Assembly (NCBI GenBank): GCA_016934575.1
Contig: JAFGSN010000107.1
Location: 1 to 63,471 of the forward strand
Direction of reading: 5' to 3'
From: Vicinamibacteria bacterium
Lineage (GTDB): Bacteria > Acidobacteriota > Vicinamibacteria > Fen-336
Length of the DNA: 63,471 nt
The notes under the pieces were generated by a model that ran no database searches, was not told where the DNA came from, and was given only the letters and a program-made list of their open reading frames with translations. Made by a program: the position numbers and the translations under genes. Shown in pieces: positions 28,505 through 38,097 of the stretch (position 1 is its first letter; every line of letters starts with the position of its first letter).

Positions 28505-30592
28505 ATGAGAATACTGATCGTAGCCGCCACAGCCCTGATCATGGCCGCCGGGCCCACTCTGGCGGAAGACAAGGTCGAGGAAACCGTCGCCAAGGCCAAG
28601 ATGAGGGTCGAAAAGGGCAAGCCCTTGGACGCCGTGAAAATGCTACAGAAACTCGTGGAAAAAAATCCGGCGTCCATCGAGGCGCGACGGGCTTTGTTCG
28701 ACGTACAGATTCGTGCGCGCCAGCGAAACGAAGCCGGCGCCGCGGTCCAGGCCTGGGCTCAAAGCGCGCAAGGAGTGGCGCGTTCTCACGCCCTGGCGAC
28801 CTTGGCGTCCTACGAGCTTCTCCGCGGCCCGGCGTCCGCGGCCCTGGCGCATGCGCAAGAGGCCGTGAAGATCGATCCGAACGCCGCCGCGCTCGCTGTC
28901 CTGGCTCGCGCGCAGGCTCGAATCGACGATCCCAAGATCGCTCTCGAGACGGCCCAGAGGGCGCTGCAGGTTTCGCCTCAGTCCGCCGACGCTCATGAAG
29001 CTCATGGCGCGGCGCTGCTCGTTCTCGGGCGGACCGGAGAAGCGGTCGCGGCTTTCCGCAAAGCCGCCGAGCTTGTTCCCGATTGCTCGCGCTTGAGGGC
29101 GAATCTCGCGCTGGCGCTGGTTGCGGCTGGAAAGGCGGCCGAAGCCGTGGAAACAGCTCAGGCCGCCGTCGACGCCGACACGGACACGGCCGAGGGTTAC
29201 GCGGCCCTTGCATTGGCGCTTGTCAGCGCGAACAAGAACACCTGGGGAGACGCCATCGGCAAGGCTCAGGAAGCCAAGCTCATCGACGGATCCAGTCCTC
29301 TGGCGCTGACGATTTTGGGCAAAATCTTTTACGAGGGAGCGAACGTTCCCTGGGCCAAGGGAGCTTTCGAGGATGCTCTCAAGGTCGATCCGAATTACGC
29401 CGACGCCGCGGTGGCGCTCGTCTCGCTTTTGCAGCGCGACGGCAAGACGGATGAAGCGCTTGTTTTGGCCCAGAAGTACGCCCAGGCGATGCCGCACGCG
29501 GGCCCAATGCAAAAAAGATATGGCGAGCTTCTGCTGCGCAAAGCGGATGCGCTTCTGGAGAAGGGCGATCCCAACGGGGCTGTCGAGAAGCGCACCGCGG
29601 CCGTCGAGCCTCTCGAGGCCGCGATCAAGAAACTTCCCGACGATCATGAACTGCAGTTCGAGATGGGGCTCGCGTACTCGTTCACGGGCGAGGTCGACAA
29701 GGCGGTGTCCCCGTTCGCCCGCGCCGTGTCGCTGGCGCCGGCGAACCTTGACTACCGTATCGCCTACGGCCTGGCTCTCGGACGAAACGATCAGTATGCG
29801 GAGGGAATCGCCGAGTTGCAGAAGGTCGTCGCGAATCCTCAATACAAGGGAGCCGAGGCGTGGATCAACCTCGGTTATCTCTACCGGGAGATGACCCCCA
29901 AGCAAACTGCCGACGCCGTGGATGCTTACAGGAAGGCGCTCACGATCGATGCGAAGAGCGTTCCGGCCAGCCAGGGGCTGGCGTGGTCGCTTTTCTATGC
30001 AAAGCGTTATGACGAGGCCATCACGGCCGCACGTCAAGCCGTGGTCCTCGATAAAACGTTCGAGAGGACCGAAGCCTTGCTCGTTGCATCCTCGATTTAC
30101 TTCCGTGACGCTCCTTCGAAGAGGATGGCGGAGGCCCAAAAAGCTCTGGATCGGGCCAGGTCGATTATTGGAGCCGACAATGCCCTGATCAAACAGATCG
30201 CCGACGCCATTGACATCGCTAAAAGAGGCGGCATAACGAAAGTCAAAGAGCTTCAGGACGTGATTCCGATCGATATGCTCATGAAAGGACTTCAGAGAGG
30301 GAGTGTCGCCGACAAGCGGAGGGCGCTGTTCGAGCTCAAGAAGCATGGATGCGACGGTGCTCCCTACGTTGCATTCGGATGTCGCGATCCCGATATCGGT
30401 GTCCGTGAAACGGCGCTTCGCGTGCTCAAATCCATGGGCCGGCAGGCGTGCAACGCGGACGCGCTCAAACAGATGGAGAACGCTCTTGCCGTCCCGCCGC
30501 CTTGTCCGCAGTGCAAGCCGGCCGACGAAGCGCGCGTCATCGACGTCACGCGCGGTCTGCGCGATATCGTCATCATGTGCAAGGGCGGCTGA
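28505..30592 (+). CDS. Exported TPR-repeat protein with a C-terminal HEAT-like Cys-rich segment
   Basis: Signal peptide MRILIVAATALIMAAGPTLA; many TPRs; C-terminal CRDPDIGVRETALRVL, CPQC. Confidence 0.85.
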   Translation: MRILIVAATALIMAAGPTLAEDKVEETVAKAKMRVEKGKPLDAVKMLQKLVEKNPASIEARRALFDVQIRARQRNEAGAAVQAWAQSAQGVARSHALATLASYELLRGPASAALAHAQEAVKIDPNAAALAVLARAQARIDDPKIALETAQRALQVSPQSADAHEAHGAALLVLGRTGEAVAAFRKAAELVPDCSRLRANLALALVAAGKAAEAVETAQAAVDADTDTAEGYAALALALVSANKNTWGDAIGKAQEAKLIDGSSPLALTILGKIFYEGANVPWAKGAFEDALKVDPNYADAAVALVSLLQRDGKTDEALVLAQKYAQAMPHAGPMQKRYGELLLRKADALLEKGDPNGAVEKRTAAVEPLEAAIKKLPDDHELQFEMGLAYSFTGEVDKAVSPFARAVSLAPANLDYRIAYGLALGRNDQYAEGIAELQKVVANPQYKGAEAWINLGYLYREMTPKQTADAVDAYRKALTIDAKSVPASQGLAWSLFYAKRYDEAITAARQAVVLDKTFERTEALLVASSIYFRDAPSKRMAEAQKALDRARSIIGADNALIKQIADAIDIAKRGGITKVKELQDVIPIDMLMKGLQRGSVADKRRALFELKKHGCDGAPYVAFGCRDPDIGVRETALRVLKSMGRQACNADALKQMENALAVPPPCPQCKPADEARVIDVTRGLRDIVIMCKGG

Positions 30593-30629
30593 GCGCTCGG
30601 CCACGTTCCATCGTTTCAGCGGGCCTTAT

Positions 30630-31085
30630 TCACGGCTCGATCCCGCGTCGGCTGTCGAGCAGCAGCGTGACCGGCCCGTCATTGACCAGCTCAACGTTCA
30701 TCATGGCGCGGAACACGCCTTCATCGACAGGCAGGCCGTATGCTCGGCATCGGACCACGAAGGCGCGATACAACCGTTCCGCCGAATCGGGGTCGGCCGC
30801 CTGTGAATAGCTGGGACGATGTCCTTTACGGCAGTCGCCGAAGAGCGTGAACTGCGAAACGACAAGCAGCGCTCCGCCGGCTTCGAGCGCCGAGCGGTTC
30901 ATTCGGCCGTTCTCGTCCGGGAAAACGCGCAAGTAAGCCGTCTTTTCAGCGAGGTATGCGGCGTCCTGTTCGGTGTCATCCCGATCGACGCCGAGGAGAA
31001 CGAGCAATCCGCGGCCGATTGCCGCCACGCGTTTCCCCTCAATCGAGACATGAGCGCGGGAAACGCGTTGGATGACGGCGCGCAT
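30630..31085 (-). CDS. dtd: D-aminoacyl-tRNA deacylase
   Basis: [21 protein letters not shown]. Confidence 0.96.
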   Translation of the reverse strand: MRAVIQRVSRAHVSIEGKRVAAIGRGLLVLLGVDRDDTEQDAAYLAEKTAYLRVFPDENGRMNRSALEAGGALLVVSQFTLFGDCRKGHRPSYSQAADPDSAERLYRAFVVRCRAYGLPVDEGVFRAMMNVELVNDGPVTLLLDSRRGIEP

Positions 31086-31140
31086 CAAGCAGCGAGACTA
31101 TGCAAATCGGGACGGACCGTCAAGCGATTGAAGGTGCGGT

Positions 31141-32685
31141 ATGATGCCTCACGTGGCGCATCCCGCCCAGATTGGACGTTATCAGGTGATCGAGTTCCTC
31201 GGCCAGGGCTCGATGGGCGTCGTTTACCGCGGTCGCGACGAAACGCTCGAACGCGACGTTGCTCTCAAGGTCATGTCTCTGGCCCAGAGCACGGCCGAGG
31301 AAGCGCAGAAGCGCTTTCGTCGTGAGGCGCAAGCAGCCGCCAGGCTCCAACATCCGAACATCGTGACGATCTACGAGTTGGGCGTGCATCAAGGCGCGCC
31401 GTTCATCGCCATGGAGCTTCTCGCGGGCATGGATCTGGCGCGAGCCATCGCGGCGGGTCTTCGTCCCGATCCCCGAGCGACGTTGCCGATTGTTTTGCAG
31501 ATTCTCGCCGGCCTCGGACATGCCCACGAACACGGGATCGTTCATCGGGATATCAAACCCTCGAACGTCTTTCTTCCCATGGGGCTGCCGGTGAAGATCA
31601 TGGATTTTGGCGTGGCGCGTCTCGTCGATGCGGCTTCGACCGGAACCGGGAGCGGCATCGTCGGCAGCCCGAGTTACATGTCGCCGGAGCAGATCCGCGG
31701 CGACGGCGTGGACGGACGAAGCGATCTCTTTTCCGTGGGGCTCATTCTTTTTGAGCTTGTGACCGGAGAGCGGGCGTTCAAGGCCGATTCGGTGGCGGCC
31801 GTGTTGTACAAGATCACCAACGAGACGCCTGATTTCAGAACGCTTCCGCAGAATGACGAATGGACCCGCTTGCGCGCGGTGCTCTCACGGGCTCTGGCGC
31901 GCGATTCGTGTGAGCGCTATGCCGACGCGCGGTCGATGGCGGCGGATCTCGTGCAGGCCCTGCTCGATCTGGGGGGATCGTCAGACTGGATGAGCGCCTC
32001 GGACCGGGGCCTGCTCGTGCGCTCGACGCCGCGGCCACGCGCGCTGGCGGTCGATCTGGAGTCGGAAGCGCCGACGCTTTCCGATGCTCTGGCGGCGCGG
32101 ATCGAGAAGCGCGCGGCTCGATTCGTGCCGCCGCGATGGCTCCTCGTGGTGATCGTGATCGGTCTGTCCATTCTCCTGGGCGGGCTGGGTTTGATTCTTC
32201 TTGGCCGCGCTCGGACAAGACCGACGCCGATAACGACGATGGAATCGTCATCGCCTTCAGAGCCGAGCATCATGCCGGTTCCGGCTCCTTCGGCACGGAT
32301 CGCCTCACCCTCTCCTCCGCCGGTTTCTTTGCGAAGTCCATCGACGCCACGGCTTGTTTTGTCGCCGGCGGCCCTGGCGCCGCTTCCGACTCGCGCGCGC
32401 GCCAGCATTGCGCGCGCTGAAGCATTCTTGACTCAGGGGCACTACCAGCGTGCGATGGATGAGGCGCGAGCCGTATTGGCGCTCGATCCATACGACACGG
32501 AAGCCCGTACGCTGCTCGAAGACGCCGAGGCCGCCCTGGTCGTCGAGAGCCGTCTCCGGAAAGCCCGCGAGGCCATGCAACTGGGCGATCGCGAAGCGGC
32601 GCTGGAAGAGGTTCGCGCCGGGCTGGCGGTGGCTCCGAACGATGGGCGCCTGCTCCAGCTTTTTCGTGAGTTGACACAGGACTGA
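31141..32685 (+). CDS. Membrane Hanks-type Ser/Thr kinase with Pro/Ser linker and C-terminal TPR-like domain
   Basis: GQGSMG, VALK, HRDIKPSN, DFG, YMSPEQ; TM WLLVVIVIGLSILLGGLGLILL. Confidence 0.93.
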   Translation: MMPHVAHPAQIGRYQVIEFLGQGSMGVVYRGRDETLERDVALKVMSLAQSTAEEAQKRFRREAQAAARLQHPNIVTIYELGVHQGAPFIAMELLAGMDLARAIAAGLRPDPRATLPIVLQILAGLGHAHEHGIVHRDIKPSNVFLPMGLPVKIMDFGVARLVDAASTGTGSGIVGSPSYMSPEQIRGDGVDGRSDLFSVGLILFELVTGERAFKADSVAAVLYKITNETPDFRTLPQNDEWTRLRAVLSRALARDSCERYADARSMAADLVQALLDLGGSSDWMSASDRGLLVRSTPRPRALAVDLESEAPTLSDALAARIEKRAARFVPPRWLLVVIVIGLSILLGGLGLILLGRARTRPTPITTMESSSPSEPSIMPVPAPSARIASPSPPPVSLRSPSTPRLVLSPAALAPLPTRARASIARAEAFLTQGHYQRAMDEARAVLALDPYDTEARTLLEDAEAALVVESRLRKAREAMQLGDREAALEEVRAGLAVAPNDGRLLQLFRELTQD

Positions 32686-32783
32686 CCTGATTGACGTCAA
32701 GGAGCGGAGCGTAGTACAGTCACACCCCAGACGTCATAACGCAAATCGATCAAGGGCAAAGACTTGCGGAAAGTGATCACGCC

Positions 32784-33827
32784 GTGCTGAGGAGCAGGAA
32801 GGCCCGTCTCGCGATAGGCGTCGGTCTCGCCGCGCTCTTGCTCGTCCTGTTCTTTCGCGGTATCGATTTGTCCCGGTTGAGCACGGCTCTCGCCTCCGCG
32901 CGGCCTGCCTGGCTGCTTGGGGTTTTCATTACAACGCTTCTCACTTACATGATCCGTGCCTGGCGTTGGGGTTTCCTGCTCGCGCCGCTGAGCCGAGTTC
33001 GGTTCGCGCGCCTTTTTTCGGTGACGATCATCGGATTCTCCGCCGCCCTGGTGTTTCCACGGGCGGGCGAGATACTTCGTCCCTACTTGATTGGCCGGGA
33101 ACGAGGGATACGTATTTCAAGCGCCTTTGCGACGATCATTCTCGAGCGACTCTTCGATCTCCTAACGATGCTGTTGCTCTTCGGTCTTTATCTCTATGTC
33201 TTGCCTTTGCCGGCCGCGCAGGCGCGGGGCGTGTTGCTCGATCTCCTGAAGCGTGGCGGCCTGCTTGTCGGTTTCTTGGCGTTGGCGGTTCTGATCGTTC
33301 TCGTTCTGTTCCATGTGTATGCGGAACGGGCGTTGCGTTTTTTTGATGGTCTCTTCGGGCGTCTGCCCGCGCGTATCGCCCGGCCGCTGACGCACGCGCT
33401 CGCGTCCTTCGGCGACGGCCTGGCGGTGCTCAAGGCGCCTGCGCCCCAACTGCTCGTCATCGCCGGACAGTCGCTGCTCCTGTGGTTGACGATCGCGCTC
33501 GGCTTTCATTTCGCGAACGCGGCATTCGACTTGCGCCTGCCGTTTCACGCGACGTTCTTGATGATGGCCTTCCTCACCGTGGGAGTCGCGATACCCACGC
33601 CCGGCATGGTGGGCGGCTTTCACGAGTTCTACCTGTTGTCGCTCACACACGGCTTCGGCATCGAAAAGAGCACCGCGGCGGCGGCCGGGATCGCGGCTCA
33701 TGCGCTCGTCAGCTTGCCCGTGCTCGCTCTCGGACTGTTCTTCCTCGGTCGCGAGGGGCTGTCCATGGGCCGCGTTGCCGAGATCACGGACTCCTCGCCC
33801 GAGGCGTCCATGGAGAGAACGACGTGA
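32784..33827 (+). CDS. Lysylphosphatidylglycerol synthase TM-domain / flippase-like protein (UPF0104)
   Basis: IRAWRW, PRAGEILR, ERLFD, PTPGMVG; multiple TM helices; GTG start. Confidence 0.9.
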   Translation: MLRSRKARLAIGVGLAALLLVLFFRGIDLSRLSTALASARPAWLLGVFITTLLTYMIRAWRWGFLLAPLSRVRFARLFSVTIIGFSAALVFPRAGEILRPYLIGRERGIRISSAFATIILERLFDLLTMLLLFGLYLYVLPLPAAQARGVLLDLLKRGGLLVGFLALAVLIVLVLFHVYAERALRFFDGLFGRLPARIARPLTHALASFGDGLAVLKAPAPQLLVIAGQSLLLWLTIALGFHFANAAFDLRLPFHATFLMMAFLTVGVAIPTPGMVGGFHEFYLLSLTHGFGIEKSTAAAAGIAAHALVSLPVLALGLFFLGREGLSMGRVAEITDSSPEASMERTT

Positions 33828-34276
33828 AGTGCCCTTTCTGTGGTCAAGTCGAGGATCGGGTCGTCGATTCGCGCGAGAGCAAGGAGGGCGAGGTCATTCG
33901 CCGCCGCCGGCAGTGCCTGGGCTGCGGCAAGCGTTTCACATCCTACGAGAGGATCGATCAGATCCCCCATCTCATCGTCAAGAAAGACGGCCGGCGCGAA
34001 CGGTTCGATCGGGAGAAAGTCCTGGCCGGGCTGCTCAAGGCCTGCGAGAAACGGCCCGTCTCGGTCAAAGAGCTCGAGAGCATCGTCGATCATGTCGAGA
34101 CCATGGTGCACGAAAGCCCTGATCATGAAGTGCCGAGCGTGCAAGTGGGCGAATATCTGATGGAAAGGCTTTGCGATATCGACAAGGTCGCTTTCATTCG
34201 TTTCGCCTCGGTTTATCGCGACTTCAAGGACGTCGATCAATTCATGGCCACGCTCAAAGGGCTGCTCGAAACATAA
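33824..34276 (+). CDS. nrdR: Transcriptional repressor NrdR
   Basis: GTG start overlapping the upstream TGA; KCPFCG...DSRE...IRRRRQCLGCGKRFTSYE, ATP-cone, VAFIRFASVYRDF. Confidence 0.96.
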   Translation: MKCPFCGQVEDRVVDSRESKEGEVIRRRRQCLGCGKRFTSYERIDQIPHLIVKKDGRRERFDREKVLAGLLKACEKRPVSVKELESIVDHVETMVHESPDHEVPSVQVGEYLMERLCDIDKVAFIRFASVYRDFKDVDQFMATLKGLLET

Positions 34277-34373
34277 CAAAAAAACCGACAGCCGTGCACG
34301 ACCGCCAGAAACGAGAATGCGGCGAGGCGCGGATCACTCGCTCAACCGAAGCGCGGTCGTCGTTCCCATGGCG

Positions 34374-37300
34374 TCAGTCGCGTTCTTCGGTCGGGATTGT
34401 GATCTCGATGCGCGGCACCGACGCCCCGACGACGCGGGTATGGGTTTGCTCAAGGTCGCGACGGTGGTCGTCCGTCATGGGGTAGGACTCCGATGAGTCG
34501 TAAGGGTAACGCGTCATGCCGTGGAACGGCAGGGGCGTCACCGTGTCCGGGCTGGCCGAGTTGATGTCCATTTCCTTGCTGAAACCGTCGGCGTGCAGCA
34601 GAAATGTCCGCGTTTGGCCGGCGGGCGGCGGAAGGAGCGCCTCGAACGCCAGGGCGATCTCGTCGCCCGGTCGCGCGATGACGAAGCGATCGTCGATCGC
34701 GGCAAGCAGGTCGTTCACGTCGCCCGCGCGCGTATAGCTGCCGCGCATGACCTTCCAGGGCGAGACCGCGGAGACGCGCTCATAGTCATAGCCGTACGGT
34801 TCTCGGCCGTCCGGCGTGACTTCGGCCGAGAAGCCGCGCCAGCGAAGCTCGGCTTGAGAGATCGATATCCGTCGAGTCTCGATCACGTCACGCTCGTCCT
34901 CGGCGCCGACGAGTATCTGATCCCAGTAGATCCTCATGTTCGTTCTGATGCGCACTTCGCGACTCGTCGGAGAGATCGCGTCGGTGACGTCGAGCACGAT
35001 CGTTTGCGGGCGTCCGACCGGAACGCCGATCTCGGGCACGACGACTTGCCAGCCGCCGGACGCGTCACGGACCTCGAGAACGGGAGGCGCAAGCTGCAAT
35101 CCCGACTGATGCGCGGCGACGTTGTCGCTCGAAAAGGCGTAATCCGTCCAACCGGTGAGCAGCAGAAGCGTGCGTCCCTGGCGGGGAGCGCCGAGATCAA
35201 GGATCAGCCCGTGCTCCTCGGCGTATCCACGTACTGGATGGAGCGCGAAGCCTTCGGCAAATAGGCGATCGATGCGCGCGATTGCATCGCTCAAGTCATT
35301 GCCGTGATCGTCGCAGGCGCGAACCGGAGGGCGGGCGTCGCGTACGCCATAAATCCGAAAGGGCCGGCCGGGAGGGCTCACCATGCCTTCGTTCGGAAAC
35401 ACCAGGACGTCGTCCGGATGCGTTACGACGAGAAGCTCGGCGTGGTCGAGAAAAACGGCTTCTTCCAGCTCATTGTTGATGCGAAGCTCGTATCGTCCGT
35501 CGCGTTCCTGAAGCTTGTCGCCCGGGATACGCACGTATTCGTCCGGGTCAGGGTGATTGAACACGCCGGGCGCCTCCCAGTATCCCAGCTCACCGGCGCC
35601 CAGAAAGTCGCTGATGAACTCGAAGGCGGCGCCGTTCCAGGCGAAGAGATATGGACAGGATGAAGGCTTGCGATCCAGTTCCTTGATCATGAACGAGAGG
35701 ACGGCGTCGTCCTTGGGCGTGTCGGTCTCGGCCTGGAGAATGCCCGCCGGCCAGAGCACGCGGACGGCGTCTACGGTTTTTCGGTTCCCGAGGCCGACCC
35801 GCACGTCCGCCGGAGCCGGCGCGGGGAATGCGACGTACGTTTCGAACTTCTGGTGCAGGCTGCCGGCGCGGATCTCGATCTTGGCGCTGACGCCGTCCTT
35901 GTTGCTGACTCTGCCCAAAAGGCGCACTTGCAGGGAGCGGTGGCGGTTTCCGCCTTCGTTGCGCCCGATGAGCAGGCGGCCGTCGTTTTCGCGCAAAACG
36001 AAGTCGGCGTCGCCGTCGCCGTCAAGATCGCCGAGAGCAATATCGCTAGCCGCGCCCGCGCCCTTCTCCACGCCCCAGACGGGCTTCCATGACGCACCAA
36101 GGTTGCGCAGCACATAACTGCTTGTCGCCGTAAAGCCGATGATATCGAGCAGCCCGTCATTGTCATGGTCGACGAACTGCGCCGCCGTCGTCCCGGCGGT
36201 CGCGGGAGGCGCTTCCGTGACCTGGAAATGGCCGCGTCCGTCGCTCATGGCGAAAAGCGCGGGCGCCCCGATCCGGCCGAGGAAGAAGTCCGTGAAGCCG
36301 TCCTTGTTGGCGTCGGCGGCCGCTGCGTGCGTGAATCGGCCCGCGGCTTCGAGGCCCGCGCTGGATGTGACGTCATTGAACGATCCGTCACGGAGGTTGG
36401 CAAAGAGCGACGGTCCGCTCTCGGACAGGAACAGCACGTCTATGTCGCGACGATTGTCGTAGTCGGTGGCCACGACCGCCCGCACGATGCCGCTGGCGGT
36501 CCAACCCGTCTTGTCCGTCACGTCGGTGAAGGCGCCGTCGCCGTTGTTTCGCAGAAGGCGGGGCCTGGACGGAGCGTTTGCTTTTTCTTCCCCTGTCGCG
36601 GGCTCTTCCACGCCAGCGAGAAGGATATCGAGATCGCCGTCGTGGTCAATGTCCACGAGCGCCGCCGCGGCCGACGCCAGCTTGAGAGCCGGCAACGCCG
36701 CCTTCGCCGTGACGTCGATGTAACTCTCGCCGTTTCCGCGAAATAAAAGGATTCCGCTCTTCTGCAGCAGGACGAGGTCCGGCTTGCCGTCATTGTCGAG
36801 ATCGCCCGGCAGGGCGCCGATGCCGTCGAGCAGAGACGCCGGCAAGTTCGACGCTTTCGTGATGTCGGAGAAAGCTCCGCGCCCGTCGTTTCGCAGAAGC
36901 TTCAGCGAAGCGTTCCCGACAACGAGCAGATCCAGATCGCCGTCGCCGTCCGCGTCCAAAAGAACGATGCCGCCCTGGCCCGACTCCGCGGCCGTTCGCT
37001 CCGGAGCGGGTTGATCCACGGACAATGAAGCGACGTCGAATCTTACGTCGGGCGCGCGCGTATCGACGAGCGCCGGCTCCAATCCCGACGACACGAGCGC
37101 TTCGGCGTAGCGGCCCTGATCGGGATAGGTCTGGCCGAGGTTGCTGGCCAAGCCGGTCGCGCGCAGCTCGCGAAAACGTTCGATCAACCGCCGCGCTTCT
37201 TCCGCGGCGCCTTTCCGGTTGAGAGTCAGCGCGAGGTTGTACAAGGACGTGGCGTTGTAAGGCTCCGTTTTCAGCGCGCGCCGGAAGGCCGCCTCCGCCT

Positions 37301-37778
37301 CTTCGTAGCGGCGTTCCTGCAGATGCAGTTGTCCCAGATTGACGATCGCGCCGATGTCCTCCGGATCGAACGCGAGCACGCGCCTGAACTCGTTGATCGC
37401 GTCTTCGACCCGGTTTTCAGCGCGCGCCGAAAGCGCCGCGATGTAATGAGCGTTCGGGAAGCTCGGCGACGTCTCGACGGCGCGCCGCGCTTCGGCGACG
37501 GCGGCCGGCAGATCGGGAAGGTTGAGGAGCGCGATGGCGAGATTGATGCGCGCGATCGTCAACGTGGGATCGAGGGCGAGAGCCTCGCGGAAAACCTCCA
37601 CGGCCTGGGCATAGGCGAACTGCTCGAGCAAGGCCACTCCTCGGTTGTTGGCGCGATGGGCCGCCTCGATCGATTCCCCGGACGGTTTCTTGCTCGTCGC
37701 TTCCGGCGCGGCTGGAACGATCGCGGCGCCGCCGAGGGCGATCGTGATCATCAAGGCAAGAAGCAGTCGTGTGTTCAT
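34374..37778 (-). CDS. Exported TPR + FG-GAP/VCBS repeat + ASPIC/UnbV (CRTAC1-like) protein
   Basis: Signal peptide MNTRLLLALM..; TPRs; repeated DxDxDGxxD loops (DADGDGDLD, DLDNDGKPD, DIDHDGDLD); VRVLWPAG; SSCPYLFAWNG C-terminal domain. Start ATG 37778 after GAGGAG. Confidence 0.88.
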   Translation of the reverse strand: MNTRLLLALMITIALGGAAIVPAAPEATSKKPSGESIEAAHRANNRGVALLEQFAYAQAVEVFREALALDPTLTIARINLAIALLNLPDLPAAVAEARRAVETSPSFPNAHYIAALSARAENRVEDAINEFRRVLAFDPEDIGAIVNLGQLHLQERRYEEAEAAFRRALKTEPYNATSLYNLALTLNRKGAAEEARRLIERFRELRATGLASNLGQTYPDQGRYAEALVSSGLEPALVDTRAPDVRFDVASLSVDQPAPERTAAESGQGGIVLLDADGDGDLDLLVVGNASLKLLRNDGRGAFSDITKASNLPASLLDGIGALPGDLDNDGKPDLVLLQKSGILLFRGNGESYIDVTAKAALPALKLASAAAALVDIDHDGDLDILLAGVEEPATGEEKANAPSRPRLLRNNGDGAFTDVTDKTGWTASGIVRAVVATDYDNRRDIDVLFLSESGPSLFANLRDGSFNDVTSSAGLEAAGRFTHAAAADANKDGFTDFFLGRIGAPALFAMSDGRGHFQVTEAPPATAGTTAAQFVDHDNDGLLDIIGFTATSSYVLRNLGASWKPVWGVEKGAGAASDIALGDLDGDGDADFVLRENDGRLLIGRNEGGNRHRSLQVRLLGRVSNKDGVSAKIEIRAGSLHQKFETYVAFPAPAPADVRVGLGNRKTVDAVRVLWPAGILQAETDTPKDDAVLSFMIKELDRKPSSCPYLFAWNGAAFEFISDFLGAGELGYWEAPGVFNHPDPDEYVRIPGDKLQERDGRYELRINNELEEAVFLDHAELLVVTHPDDVLVFPNEGMVSPPGRPFRIYGVRDARPPVRACDDHGNDLSDAIARIDRLFAEGFALHPVRGYAEEHGLILDLGAPRQGRTLLLLTGWTDYAFSSDNVAAHQSGLQLAPPVLEVRDASGGWQVVVPEIGVPVGRPQTIVLDVTDAISPTSREVRIRTNMRIYWDQILVGAEDERDVIETRRISISQAELRWRGFSAEVTPDGREPYGYDYERVSAVSPWKVMRGSYTRAGDVNDLLAAIDDRFVIARPGDEIALAFEALLPPPAGQTRTFLLHADGFSKEMDINSASPDTVTPLPFHGMTRYPYDSSESYPMTDDHRRDLEQTHTRVVGASVPRIEITIPTEERD

Positions 37779-38097
37779 TGCTCTCCTCTTCCCGTGGACG
37801 TCGTTTGTCAAGGCGTTCACCGACGTCATAGGTTACTCCAAACGCTCGTCGATCGCGCAATCCAAAAAGGTTCGATCGGCCTTGACGCTCGTCGCTATCG
37901 GACGTGGCCTGTTTGGGCCGTGGCGTTCTGTTCGAGGAATGAGTGAATGTCGACGCGGCCGATGTCTAAACGGCCGTCTCGATCACGGTCGGGCGTTTCA
38001 CTAACGTGCGGGAATGAACGCAATGACGCAGCCCTCATCAATACGGCGTTGTCGTATTCATGGAGTTTTTGTTGCAGGAAGGCCTGCGGCTCACGAT

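Noticed and set aside
28643-30604. 653-aa minus-strand ORF
   Set aside because: Antisense shadow of the TPR gene; no recognisable motifs; expected in high-GC DNA.
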